The position numbers and the translations under genes were made by a program. The notes beneath the pieces are model-generated. The model saw only the letters and a program-made list of their open reading frames with translations, did no database searches and had not been told where the DNA came from. From IMG/VR virus record IMGVR_UViG_3300044984_002334, positions 1 to 59,189 of that record: a stretch of DNA of 59,189 bases; one strand, written 5' to 3'. The stretch is from a virus (Duplodnaviria; Caudoviricetes). Positions 10,083 to 25,000 of this stretch are shown here, one piece after another (the first letter of the stretch is position 1; each line of letters begins with the position of its first letter).

Positions 10083-13000
10083 TGCAATCTAATAATTTTT
10101 GTTGCTCTTCTGGACTGTATTGTGAAAATTCCTCAAGACTTAAACCGAAGGCTCTTAACACGTTATCTACTGACTTAGGTACTCCGTCTTCATCCCAATC
10201 AGATAATACTGCTGTATCGGAGATGTCTTGAAACTTTATGATAATACCTGAACCTGTTGGGTTCTTAGTAACGCTTCCTACTTGTACTTTCCTACGTAAT
10301 GAGCGATCATAGTTATAACTAGGAGTTATAAAAATTATATCATCCTTTTTAACTCCGTTAATTAATTTAGAGTAAGTAAGTGCAGTAGTTGGAGACTCTT
10401 GAACTGTATGAACAGTAAGTTCTGTAGGAGTAAAGTTTGTTGCTATATTGTAGTTATCAGGAGTTTCTGTATAATAAACATCATTTATATTTCCCACTTT
10501 CTGGTAATACCCGTAATCTGGGGTAAAAAGAACAAGCTTAAACACAGTAGTTTTTTGCTTGTATGTATCCTTAATGTAAGGTGGGAAAGCTTTGGCTTCT
10601 CCTTTATCGTTCTTCTCAGGAGTAAACCTTTTATCAAAGAACACCTTAATACGAGTATCCGTGTTAGGTAATGTTATTATTTCATAACCAGCATCTATAG
10701 CTTTAGCCTGTGTAACTGGATCATATGGAATGAACGAAGCAGATCTATCGTAATAGATCTTAGGTAGCCTATTTGCATTTGTAATTACGTTAAACAACGC
10801 AAAGTGATTAAGCTGCGCACCTGTAACACCTTCAGAAGCGTTTGTCAACTTAGTTACATATCTATCTATAACGTTTTTAAACATTGTAGATGGAATATAT
10901 GCTGCGTAAGAAGAGGATGAGTTGTCCAAGCCAAGATTAAGTAGTGCGTACACTAAAAGATCTCGTTGTATTGGAGATACCTTAGACGAATCAAGAACTA
11001 AGGATCTTGTAACTTCACCATTGATGATTGTATACTGGTTAAGTTGTTTAAAACCTAATGCAAGTTTAGCAATATCTTCTGGTTGAATACCTATACCTGC
11101 TCTAAAACTAAGTGTACGAACTTTCTGATCATTAAACTGTATAGAAAGCGTGTTTAAGAATTCGTTACGTTCACCTAATGGGTGAGTTCTGTCATAAGCT
11201 TGTAACTTCTGAATAAACGTAGCAACTTCATCATTAAATGTTCTTTGTTTAGAAAGTACATATGAACCTCCATCAGAAAGAGTAACTGCTTTAGGAGTTA
11301 CTAAGGAAAGCCTCGACTTGATTAACGGGTCAGAAGCTAGCAGGTAATTAGAGAATGCACGGCGAATTTTAACATACTCTTCTCCAGTTTCATCTGCAGA
11401 GTTAAGCGTTACTGCTTTGTAAACTTCTTTAGACATATGTATCATAGGATCAGAGTGGAGTGACCACTTGTCTTTAATAAAGGAAATCAGATCCGTGTTT
11501 ACTTCGTAAGCAGCTTTTAAATGTGCCGCAGAGTTGAACATGTTAGGAATAATGAATGAGAAGTCTTGACGAGACTTAAGTACTCCATCTTTATATGTAC
11601 CTATCTTAGCTTCTAGCAACTCTTGGTTCTTAAAGATATTCTGAACAAACACTTCCTGCTCTTTAACAATGTTAAGGAACGTAGATAATGATCTCATATC
11701 CCCACCAATCTTAAAGCCTTTAGCGAAAAGATGAACCGCAGCTGCAGTGATTTCATCATTAGGAGTTGTTATATTATTTTTCAGATCTTCGAGAGACAAC
11801 ACCTTAGTACTTACTGGGTACTTCTTTAAAAGATCAGCTACAAACGTACTAGCGTTCTTAACTTTAGATTTAGTTAATGGTTTGAATACATCTTGATATA
11901 ATAACGCAATTATAGCTTCCATTGGCATACCTGTAGAAACAAGTCCTACTACTGCATTACCTATGTTCTGGTTAATACCAGCGCGATATAAATAACCAAG
12001 TTTCAAGTTATCTATCGCAGCATTAGTAAGTGTATCAAGAACTTGAGTAACTAAGTATTTGCCTTCAGCATCTTTAGTAGCGATCCTATCAAACAGTGTA
12101 TCTTCTCCGTTTATATTGAAGCGATAGCGAGTATCATAATTTAGAACCGGTGAACGGTACTCTTTAAACTCGAAAGTTTTATAATAGTCGTCCTTAGCTT
12201 TCTGTAAATTATCTATCTGTTTATTAAGCGCAGTTTTCTTATCAGCATCAGAAGTCATCAATAACTCTTGTTGAAGTTCTCCAATAGAAATATAAATTTT
12301 ATTTAAAGTTTCCTCCGCACCAGCAGTAGCTAAGTAACCAAATGATTTAGCTGCATTAGCAAAGGCACCAGTTAATACAACACCAGCTGTAAGCATTTCG
12401 AATGCTTGAAACTCATCTTCTAAGTTAGTTAAATCTAAGTCCTTACCTTGTTGAAACTGTTTGTAGAAATCATCATCAATGATGTCTGTAAGAGCAGTAA
12501 AGGCAATTGGGGTAGTCATACGATACTTATTGTTCTCGTCCGTAATAACATCTAACATAGTCTCTGTGACAGAGTTCTTAAGGTACTTAGCTTTGAGAGA
12601 CTTGAGAGATTTAATACTTTTAGAAATTAATCCTCCAAACCCAGCTTTTAACTCCTCTTGTAGAGAACCTTCTAAGCTTTCTAGTGCAGCTAAGTTATAT
12701 TTGATATAGTTTAGGTATTCTTTAGATAAAGAATACTTGTTGTTTACAACCTCATAACCTACTGGAGTATCGGCATTAGTATTTATCATCACATCTTCAG
12801 TAGAAACTATCTCAGTTATAAACTTAAGAACTGTCTCGAGATAAGGAATAAATGAAGGATTTAAGGTTGAGAAGTCTTCAATCTTAGTAATCATTTCTGA
12901 AAACGCACTTAATACAGTAGGTTCCATAATTTTATCTGGACCCATTACTATGTGATTACGTTTCATCCAAGATTTACGGAATGTAGCTTCATTAGGAGCT

Positions 13001-16000
13001 TTAGAAGCTATGAACGCCTCTTGGAACTTACGTTCTAACTCAAGTCCACTATCAGTAGTAGCTGTAGCAACTTCTACGGATAACTTAAATTGTTCTTTAA
13101 ACGTACGCTTTAATTCCTGCAGTTTTAATATGTCTTCTTGACTTTCAAGTGTATCTTCTAAACTTTTTAACTCATTAAACACTTGTCCAAGTTTAGATAT
13201 AAGTCCTGTTAACACAATTCCATCTACATAAGAAGCTTCAGAAATGCTTACAGTCTCACGCATAATTACAAAGAGACTATCTACGTCAAAGTCACTACCA
13301 TGAATAGGCACTAACTCTTTAGGAGCTATAATCACGTTTGTTTTACCACCAGGATATGTGTCTACAATACGAAATGCAATTGCAGAGTGGAGTTCAGTAG
13401 AAGGAATACGAAATGCCATACCATCAGGCATAGTATAAATACTCTGGCCGTTCTTAAGCGCCACACGCTGTTCTGTAGTAAGTAACTCAGCAGGAACTAC
13501 AACTTCAGCTACTAACATTTTTCTCCCATTTACTTCTTCATACTTGTAAGTAAGCGCATCTAGATTTGTTTTGTTAGTTGCAACTATATCTGTTCCTGTA
13601 TCCCAAGACACACCTTCTGCTGTTTGAAGTACAAGCTTACCACCTTTAAACTTAATCTTGGTAGTAGATTTTCCTAAACCAGAAGCAAGTGCAATGATAC
13701 CTTTCTTCTCAAGAATTGGGTGATTATGGTTTACACCATTATATATAAGGTCAAGAGCTCTTTCAGATCCTGAACCTCCCAAGTTCTTAGCTAAGTATTT
13801 ATTCAACCCTTCTTTAGTTAAAGTATCGAAGAACTCTTTCTTACCATCGTTTATTAACTCTGCTATCAAATCATACACCTGTCTTGCTGCAACTTGTGTA
13901 TTCTCGTAAGCAGGATTCTTAAGCTTGTCTCCATATACATTTAAGAAGTACATCAACTGAGAGTAAACTGAAACATCTTTCTCTACGTCTGTAGTAGCAT
14001 TGAACTGTAACCGATAATTGTGATTAGATAGCGTAAGAGATGGCAGTACTGGCGCAGAATCATATGCATCTGCAAAATCACTTAACATTCCAACAGCTCC
14101 TATTCCTTCTAAAGAAGATAAATCAGTATCCTTGCCAGCTACTTTTTTCATAATATTAGCCATCGTAGGATATTTCAAAGGCACACCTTCTTCAGAATAT
14201 AAAATAGGCAATCCAACTTTGACAGCGGATCTAAAGACAGCTTCATCATTACCCTGACTCTCCATCACTTCTCGTAACCTTGCAAGATACTTAAACTTAG
14301 CACATAACTCGTCAGTAAGGACTACTGTAGAGTTTTTAACATACCGAGCGATTGAAGTACTCATTACAGGGTTACCATCTTTATCATTGAAAGTATGTGG
14401 GTCTATACCGAAGTACACAGGCTTGTGGACATTACCTAATGTCCAAGATTTCTCAAAGCCTTTAGAAAGATCTGCTAAGCGAGCAGGAGTCATAAACCCT
14501 TGCGCATCTGTAGACTCAAACTCATCACCAAAAAATGTCATAAAGTTTTCGAACTCTTCTTTCTCATTCTCAGGTACTACGCCGCCGAAGAACAGCTCTG
14601 CAAACTTAGCTCGTGTAGTTTCTAATCCGACTACTGTATCAGCAAGGATAGCAAGTTTGTAGGTCTCTTTCATACCTATTATTGGGTCAACTAACCCACG
14701 AATACCAGGAGCTTTTGTCCCAGCAAAACGTTTAATAATCATATCTACAGAAGGAAACGCTGAGTAGTCACCTAAATATAATTGATTTAAATGATAAGAG
14801 TTAACAGTGTTATTTAAGTAAAAAAGAGTAAACAATGGTAAAATTAAATTTATATTGCCCTTATCACTAGATTTAAAATTAATAATTTCCTCACCTTTAG
14901 TAAAGTCATATTGAATAGTATCTAAAAGTTCATTAAACTCACCACTAAAGAGGTTCTTTTCTTTTTCAGCGTTTCGTAAAGAAAGCATGGTAGCGATCAT
15001 TCGTTTATCAAAAGAAGGTTCTAACTCTTTAATATTGTTCTCTAAGTAAGTAAGCGCTTCTTTCTTTAAGTAATCGTAAGCACGAGCTGCGAGTTCATCA
15101 GAAGGAATCTCTCTCCAATTAGGAAACTCAGTACTTACCTTTAAGCCAACTTTAAAGTTAGCGAATAGATTAGAACTAAGTGACTTCTCATACTTCTCGA
15201 TATCTATGATACCTCTTTCTAATAGATTTGCTTTCGCTTTTAAAGAATCAAACATTTCTGCTATACCATATTTTGTCTTGTCCATAGAAAGTAATCCTAA
15301 ACGAACTAATGGATGCTTAGGAGAGTCTGAAGGAACAAAAGAAAACTGGTGGTAAGAATTTCCATATTGACGAATGCCGTCTACAAATCCAGTAATAAAC
15401 TTACGCTGGAAGAAAAAGAACTTGTTCTCACGTAGGTACTCGGTTGAAGAGCCATTGTCTTTATTCTTAGCGCCAGCATACTCACCTACAGCATAGATTC
15501 TATTCGCAGCTCTTTTTGGAGACTGTATAAATATATTATGCTTATGTAAGTCGGTAAGTAGGTGATCGGGCACAACTCTAAATTTAGAATTCTTAGTTGA
15601 TTGTGAGTTGATTAAAGAAGAATCTATATCTATAATGTTGTTGAGTACATCATACATAAAGGAAGACTCGTGATACTTATAGAACTTATTACCATTAAGA
15701 TCGAGTACAGATGGGTTACGAATAAACTCATCAGATCTAGCCATTGGTTTATTGATCTCAGAGATATAACCATCGACACTCTCTAGCCATTCAGGGAAGT
15801 TAAACACCTTAACAGTATCATCTTCAGAAGTAACAATGTCAGAAGTGACTTTAGCAGTATGGCTAAGCAATCCTTTTATCTTCTCTGCAAGCTCAGCAAC
15901 CTCCTCATCTTTAATCGTCAGATTATTAGCTGGAAGATTCAGCATCTTATAGAAATATCGAATAGCCACTTTCTTAGCTTTTGGGTTACTACTTAGTGCA

Positions 16001-19000
16001 GCCCGTATTGTTGTAGGCTTGCCTTCTGACACGAACTTATGATCGTAATAAAGTGTGTGCAGACTTTTCAAAGTGCCGTTACCAAAACGCTCATACAATT
16101 CATTAGAGATAAACTCTTTAATAGTGACAGAAACGTCAGAAGAACGAGACTTAACCATACGGAATGTATTACCTTCTGCAGATGTACGTGTAGAGATAAA
16201 CAAATCTGTTTCCTTCATTGAAGCCATAGTATTATGAACACCTCGTAAGACGTTTATAGCATCTGCCTTGTGTAACATCTTATTGAACTGTGCAATCGTA
16301 AGAGCATTATTCTTCGCCTTAAGGAAAAGGAATAGTGAGTTAGATGTCATCTGCTTACCTGATGTAGGAAGCTTCTCTAACTCAGCAAGAGTTTTTATAC
16401 CGTCTGCTTCATAAGCAATGTAAGCATTTACGCCTGCAATAGAATTCACTGCTGTAATATGAAGATTCGTAGGGATGGTTACGCCATCTACAAAACTGTT
16501 ATTAGTAGCAAGGATTATATTGTTATATAAGTTATCTATGATTGCAAGATCTAACCCTGAAAGACCAGAATCAGATTTAAGTTTTAACAACTGCGCACTG
16601 ATAGAGTTCTTGGTACTCGAAAGACTTTGAGTCCAATCAAGAGTAGAAGCGAGCTGCATTGTCTTAATGTACACAAGTGCTGATGATAGATACCTATTAC
16701 CTACCTGCACAAAAGACAAGAAGTCCTTCATACTTTCAGAGAGTGTGGTCTCATAAGACTTGTTATATAACTTAAGATATTCTAAGATACCAGAAGACTC
16801 TTTTAACTCAGTATCACCTGAATAGAATTCCTCTTCTCCTAACTCAGCAAGCTCCAAGTTCACACGTCCAATAGCATTCTCATCAAAGTTTGTGTTAGGA
16901 TAGATATCCTTGATAATGTCCTTAAGAACTAAAGTGTTAGTTTTAGTATTGCTTGACGTAAGAGAATCAATACCAGCTAACATATCTTCGAGAGCAGGCA
17001 ATTCATTATATAGAATTTCAACTTTACGATTAGAATTCGCTGTTCCTAATTCAGCATACAACGCTTTGATTGCTTTAGCAGATCCTGAGCGAGTCAATCC
17101 ATTAGGGAAAACATATGCTGGATTAGAAAGATTAGTTTTAAGCTCTGCGAATAACTCATTCCTAATCTTCATCACTTCAGTTGTCTTAGCCATATTAGCA
17201 GAAACCGTATTAAGAACTAAGTTCTTAGCTACTATATAACGTGCAGCTGAACGATCTTCAACCTTCTGAATCGCGAGTGCAATCTCAGGCATAACCAAGT
17301 AACCTAATGCTTCAAACAGTTTGTTAAACTCTGGCAAGGTCATCATCTTAGTGAAGGCTTCACGATTAGTAGTCGAGTTAGTTTTTATAAGGAACTCTGA
17401 CTTGTCTTTGTTATTGAAGACTTGAGTAAACAGAATATCATATAACGCATCCCGGTCATTGGTAACTGCTTTAAGGATGTTAGGAATTAACTTAGTAGTT
17501 GGATTAGAAGCATCTAAGAATATGATAGACTTGATTAAGTTAATCTGTTCTTTAGTTAGTTCCTTACCAGCAAGTAGTGTGTCTAAGTACAAACCCATTG
17601 ATTTGGATGTGTAGATAGTTCCTAAGTGCGTGTATACCTGTTCCACATTCTGATTAACGTAGGCGAATGAAGATGTGCCTATACTACTAAGAATTCGTAA
17701 TTGCTCTTCTTCTGGGAGAAGCAAGAAGCTATCCCTGAACTTAAGGTTAGAAGTTTCACCATATGTAGGGATTCTCTCCAACATAGGAAAACTACTAGTT
17801 ACATTAGCTGCAAGTTCATCAAACTCATATTCATCTGCATCATTCAATTGTTTGTTCAGCCGGCCAAGAGTCTCAGCTTTCACTTCGGTAACAGATCTCG
17901 TTACTACAACTGGTGGAGCAGGCCGTAAGAATTGAGCCTTTGTGTCACCATAGAAGTTCTCAAGTACGGCAAGTGTTGCATCATAAACATTAGCATCCAG
18001 TCCTAAGATATCCGCTAAGTAATCTAAGATCGTTTGAAGTAACCGTTTTAGGATAGAGTCTTTAGACTTAGGTAACACTTCTATTGACTTAGCAAGTTCT
18101 CTAAACTTAGGATTAGATAACGATGCAACGAACTCAAAAATGTCAAGTTCAGAAGGTGTTGTTTCATATACCTCAGTTAGCTTATATTTACTTCCTGTGT
18201 CAGGATTAATTTTACCTTTGACAGCACCATCAAAACGTTTCTTAAGTGCTGCTATACGTTGATATAATAAGGCTTCAGGAGTATCTTTTTTAGATAACCT
18301 ATCCTTTTTTCCTTTCATTAATGAAGCTTTAGTAACAGCATGCAATCCTTCATGCAACATAAGATGAGACTCTATTTTACCCACGGGTAACCCAACACTA
18401 ATGGAAAATACTCCATTTTCATCTAAAGCTGTCATAGCTAAATCCTTACGGTACTCACCATTAAGATATATACCTTTAAGAGATTCATATACTTTAGCTT
18501 GCTCAGGTAATGCCGTTTCCACTAGCAAACGTATTCGCTCGAGTTCACCTACAACCTTCATTTCACTAAACAATTCCTTAGCTCCATAAGTTTTTCCTTT
18601 CTCAACTTCAGGCCCCACTACAATCGCATCTGTTAACTTGTAAGTAACAGTTGTAGGATTAACTTTAATGAAGCTAGACGAAAGTTGTTGAGATACAGTT
18701 TTGTGATCTTTCGCAAGATTAGTTCTGCTGATCTCTGACATCTTTAAAGGAGTGTTCAAATTTCCATTTGCTCCCTCTTCTAAGATAGGATTAACAATTG
18801 CTTGTAAGAATGGGAGTGTGGTCTCGGCAGAAGTAAAGAAGAAAATTACATTCTCTGCTTGTCCTCGTGCTGTAGCTGCATCACTGCCTCTATCTTGGTA
18901 CGCACGTTGTAGCGCAGTACGCAGATCAGAAAGTTTATCTTGGTCCGTAAACTGCACACCTTCTCCAAGTAATGCGATTACATCAGGATTAGCGTAGAGC

Positions 19001-22000
19001 CTATCATAATCAACAAACTCTTTTACGAAACTATCTCCAGTTTTCTCATCTGTTTCATAGTTAGTGAGCAACGAACCTGCCCGATACATACCAGACTGTT
19101 TCACATTCTTCTTTTGCACTGGATCCCACTTCATCAAGTTTCTCCGGAGCTGTTCTCCATTTACATTAGAGTTAGCTTTAGCTAGGTTGTTAAATTCATG
19201 CTGAGCTGGGCCCATACCTTCACGCATTTGCAACTGCTTATATGGGATTGTGTTCTCTTCTCGATTAGTTGCATCAGTAGAAGCTTCTAATCTGAATCGC
19301 TTATTCTTAGTCTCAGTAATAGCTACAATTACATCTCCATTTACTTTAAAGTAATCAGTGCCTTCGATGGTAGTTCCATTCTCATTTAGATACTCAACTG
19401 CTTCATCTTCAGTTTCGAACGTGACCATCCTACGAGTTCCACCAAACACACCTCTCACAACCTGATCCATTGCGGAAGAGATAGGAGGAGCAGTAGATTT
19501 CTTTTTAATTCCGTAAGTGTTTTCTCCAGTATGCGTATCAATATCTACTTCATAATGTTCAGAAGCAGAACGTACAGTATCACCAAACTCTTCTGAACCA
19601 AGTGGAATTCCAAGTTCTTGCTCTAACACTTCTGCAGCACGTGTGAACTCTATTAAATTAGAAACTGAAGATGCATCTAATGGTGAAGAGTTAAGAGGTA
19701 TTACAAAAGGTTTCTCTGAAGCTGTTACAATACCTTCCCTACCAACACGTTTAAGGTTGCTAAAGATTAAGTAAGGAAAGCCTGGAGCAGGCGTGACGTG
19801 AGCTAACTCCTTAGGGGGTTTGTTTTTATGCTTGTCAAAGATCTTAAGATTGATATCAGAAACAATCACATCATTACCTGATGGGTCTTTAACTGTACGC
19901 TGTATTGCTTTCCAGTTAACAGTGTACGTACCATCTGCATTTTTATTTACCCAACGTTCTTCCGGATTAAGAGATTGAATGAATTCTAAACCTGAAGGGT
20001 GTGTACCGTAGTAAGAAGTGTAGAACTTAATGATTACATCCTCGATTAACGAAGTAGCTCCATTGTCGTAAGCAGGCTGTGCTGTTTCAAATGCTCCAGG
20101 AATGTAAGAGATGGATAATGCATCAGCTCGTGTGATCTCAATTTCTCCAGCAGAGATTAAAGAGATATCTGGGATGACTTCAGTAAGTGCTGCTTCATTT
20201 AATACAGGCATTCCTTTAAGCGGAATAGTCTTCGCTTCCTCTTCGGAGAGAACCGCAACTCTATAGTACTTACCTTCGTTACCTTTCATTACTACCTGAT
20301 AGAAGTTTACTCCATTACGTGATAAAGGAATAATATGGCCAATACCTGAAGTAGGCACGTTTCCTCTTGAAAAAGCGTAGTTAGTAGGGTTGATAAGGAA
20401 AGCTTCTCCTTCTTGAAGTTCAGGAGTTGGAAGAACGACATCAGCTGGATCTATTGCAGCAAAGCTTTCGCTTGTTATAGCAACGTCTTCAGATGAGTTA
20501 GTTTCAACATCTTCCTCAGTAGCAGTAACCTCAGTTAGCGCACTAGGAGAAATAATCGTAACACCAGCTAAGATGTTTTGAAGATTCTTAGCAGAATTGA
20601 TATTAGAGTTAAAGTAATCCTTTGTCTTAGTAAGCTCTTCTACAGAGTTAGTGATCGTAGAACTCATGTCAGTATTAGGAGCACCATTCACAACAGAAGG
20701 AGAAGTAGTGACTAATAGAGACTTAGTTCGAGAATACGCTGTGTAGTAAACCTTATTCATTTCGAAAGGCTCTGCAGGTAAATCAAGTTCATTGATATCT
20801 ACAAACACTTCATCCCACTGATATCCTTGTGCTTCTGCTACTGTAAGGACAGTTACACCTGAATACTTAGCTTTATCTTCTTGTGAAGAAACTAAAACTA
20901 CTCTTGAACGTGTAGTAGGTGTAGACAAGAGTTTTTGAAACTCAGTATCTTTAGCACCTATTACTCCAAAGACTGCGGATGTGTCTGTGATAGAAGATAG
21001 TTCTTCTGAAGCAGTAGCAATTGGAGATTGTACCTCCTTAGCATTCAACTGGTACTTAGACATAAACGAAGCTATATAACCTACATTTGTGCGGTACGAA
21101 GTTGTAAGAGGAATAGTGTTATAAGCACGTAGCGATTTATCGAGTGAAGACTCAGCCTCAGCTTTAAGCTGTGAAGGGTCGCCTAAGGCAATAATCCTCT
21201 TAGACTTTATCTTAGCAGTGATAGCATCTAGTTCTTCCTTAGAAAAGGTATAGACCTCATCTATAACTATGTAATCATAAGGGGAGATATCTGCAGCCAT
21301 AAAGGCTTCAAACGAACCTTTAGTTTTATCTCCAAAGATTGCGTTATTGATATTCTCTGAAGTAAGTTTTGTCTTAGAGAATGCGTAGACTTTAGCTGCT
21401 GGGTTCAGCGACTTGTACATCTCATATAGCGAACTAGCTAGTAAGAATGTCTTACCGCTACCACCAATACCTTTAGATAGTAATACGTTATCTCCAGCAT
21501 GCGAAACAGTTAGCGGAGGATTAGTAAGGAACAACATCCCTTGAGTAAGAACAATGTTCTGTTGTAAGGAAGGCGGTTGTGCTAATTTCTCTTTAAGAGC
21601 AACAAACTTTACGTAATCTAAGTTCGAACCCATGAGCTTAGTAATTAACCCTAAAGCTAATGCTTGCTCATAGTAGTCTTTAATTTTAAGAGCGAACTTA
21701 TCGTCTACGGGCTTAGCAACTTTAGCTAAGTAGTTAAAGTCATAGTCGTTAGAGAACTTAGTGATGTACGGAGGCACATCATCTCCATAATGATCTCGTA
21801 TGAGATTGTCTATGACTGCTATAGGACCTGTTAAGGAGTAGGTATCCAACTCCTTTACACGAGCAGGTTTTAACCCAAACGCTTCAAAATCTTTTGAGAA
21901 CTTAATCTCTTTTAGTGAATCTAAGAACTCATGTTCTTGTTCTGCAGTAGAAAGATTTCTAAATGTAGAAACGATAGATAGAACACCATCAAAAGGAAGT

Positions 22001-25000
22001 ACATCATTTTCACCTTCATTAAGCTCCTCTTTAATTTTTGCCATTTTCTCAGCACCTATTACAGACTCAAACAACTTACTCATCTTGGGAGTAAAGATTG
22101 CCCTTACTAAATGTGCTGTCAATGCATTGTTTACCTCACGGTGTTTCTCAGAACGCTGATTCACATTCTTAATTAATGCAGGGAATATTTTATTCTCAAG
22201 CACATCTAAGAATGCATTTATCTGAGCGAGTTTCTTTGTGTCTTCATGTGCAGTAAAGTAAGCTTTGGCTGCAAGTAGATTAGAGTGCACTGCTTCGTAC
22301 GCAGTTTCATCTTCAATCAACTCTTCCCTAAACTCAGCAATGTATGCTTTTGTAGGTAATAAGATCTTTTCTTTATAGAACAGCTCATTAACAAATGCAT
22401 CTTGATCTTCAGCATCTAATGCTTTATAGTCTTTCAACACAGTAGCACTTTCATCTAACTGAGGATCGTACTCACCATCCATGAATCTATTGATGGTGGA
22501 TTGTCTTGCAGCGATATTTTCTAAAGCTCGAGTATGTTCTGCTATCTTACCTTGTATTAATAATGAACTATTGTTGTAAGCAGCGCTAGTCCAAGGCATG
22601 TCACGTAATCCGAAAGCTTCAATAGCTTCTGGTTCCATGATTTCAGATAACATCATAGGATCTTCATCATTTATATGATCTTGAAGAGCATCTAACTCAT
22701 TCACGTTTGCTTCAAAGTTCGCAGCAACTTCAGAAAGCTTGGCAGACTCTTCTGCTAACTTATTATCTAATGTTACTTTCAAAGCCCTTGTCTCATCATT
22801 GCTGTACGGAAGTCCTTTGTACATACCCATTAAGGAAGTGGCAGGTGCTCCCGCTGCTAACTTAGTTTTTATGTCTTCGATACGAATAAGATTATTCGCA
22901 GCTGCAGTTTCTAACGAGGCCTTCTTACCTATAGGTGCTCGTGCTAATCTAGTTTCTGTTGTATCAAAGGGACCATTTGCATAAGCATTCTGTGAAAGAC
23001 TGTATGCAAGTTCATTCAACCTTGCTATGTCCTCAGGAGTTTTGTTTGCTTTCTTACCTAGAGCCTTAGCTTCATTTCTAGCAGCTTCTACATCTAAGTA
23101 GAGTTCTTTAAAAGTCTTCTTAAGTTCTGCACGCTTTGAGGTTAGTTCAGTATCTAAACCGTCTAAGTCTTTAAGCATGTTATCTATTACTTCCTTCGCA
23201 CCATCAGTGGTTGCTTTGGATCTTGCAGATTCTAAGGCTTTCCGTTTAGTTGCGGAGTAGAATAAATTCTTCTTTACCCAAAGATCAAATTGACCATCGG
23301 CCATCTCTTTAGCTTTAGAAGATGTAGTACTAGATATGTTCTCGAATGTAGTGGCTAATGATTTGCCTAGAGCAATATTAGCTTTTATATCTGACTCAAT
23401 CCCTAAGGCAGACAGATCAGCATTCGCACCTTCTTCTAAGGAATCGAAGTAACTACCAATCTCTTCTTTAGAGTAGCCTTTGTTCATAAGTGTGTAGACA
23501 TGAGAAGCCATAGCTGTGTGCTTGTTCATCTCTGCCATAACAGGATCATTGTTAAAGGCTGCTACAGTCTGAGCATCCCAGAATCTTTTCTCACGCAATT
23601 GATTAGTTGTCACTTGAGTAACAGCTTCTGGGTCTACAATCGTATTACCATCCTCATCTAACTCGTAATTAGTTATCTCATGATCTTGATCTCCTAATTT
23701 AATAGTCTTTGTAGGTTCGGCCTTGCTAATTTTATTAATAGAGTTAGCATTCTCTCTAAAAGCTACGTGAGCAGCTTTAGAAAAAGAACCTCCGAAAAGA
23801 TCAGCTCTACGAGCTAACTCCTCAGTTCTCATTCCTTTCTCTTGCTTCTTATCTAACATAGCTCCATAAACACCAGACAGTCCGCCTATCGTAGCACCCA
23901 ATCCAATAGCTACACTACCTTCTATTTCATCAGCAGTTAGCTCAGCTCCAGGAACAAATGACTTTGCAAAACCTAGGATGTTTGATCCCATGTTAGAGAT
24001 GATCTGATCTATGTAATCATCCTCATCATCAAGTCTTCCTTTAGCAAGGTTCTTCTCATATTGCTGCATAGAGGTTTGAATGTTCTCTTCCCAGAAACCT
24101 TCTGAGAGAATACCTGTCCCAGCTTTAGACCAGAGCTTCGCTTTAACCGCAGCTTCTTCAACTGCTTTCGCTCCACCCTTAGCCCAGATCTTAGATCGTA
24201 AACTCTTTTGTGAAGAGCTCCACGCTCCGTGTAAGAAGGTGTTCTCTATGAAGTTAGGCACTATAAGCGCACCTACGTTTGTTTTAAATACACGAGCAGC
24301 TGCTTGTCCCGCTTGGAACTTAGCTGTTTCTTCATCTACGCCTTTCTCAATAAGAATCTCATATACATCCTTACGTGTACCGTACGCTTCAGCTGCAGCC
24401 TCTGCTACAGTATTGTAACCTGTGCTTGTAGCAAGCTTAATCTGTTGTCCTGTAGGCGCAACACTCTTTAAGAACTCAGCAGTATTCTTTACGAGGTCAC
24501 GAGTACCAAGTATTGTCTTAGCAACCGGACGTGCAAATCCTTTTAGGATAGCATCATCTACAGCTTGTAGGCCGGCATCAGCGAGTCTAGATACAGGCAC
24601 GGCTCCTTCTAATTGTCCAAATGCTTTTGTAGCAGCTACTAAGGATTCATCAAGCGCACCAAACTTAGAGCCTATGGTTAATGCCCTAGCTCCTGTTCCA
24701 ACTGCTCCACCCACTTTACCAATCACGGCACCGGGTACATACGCAGATGCTACGTACGCTATTCCATCTGCAAGGTCAGTTGTCCAGAACTTAGCAGTTC
24801 CCATCTTACCGATCCAACCGGAGTCATTGTATTGTGCGGAAGAGTATGTAGGTAATACATCACGTAACTTCTCATCAGCTTCTTGGCCCCACTTAGTAAT
24901 AGAGTTATCCCATAACGGAGAGAGATCTTGGTCAGCTATAGCTTTGGGAATGCTAAGTACAGAACCAAATCCTCCTACTACTTTAGGGATAATAGATAAG

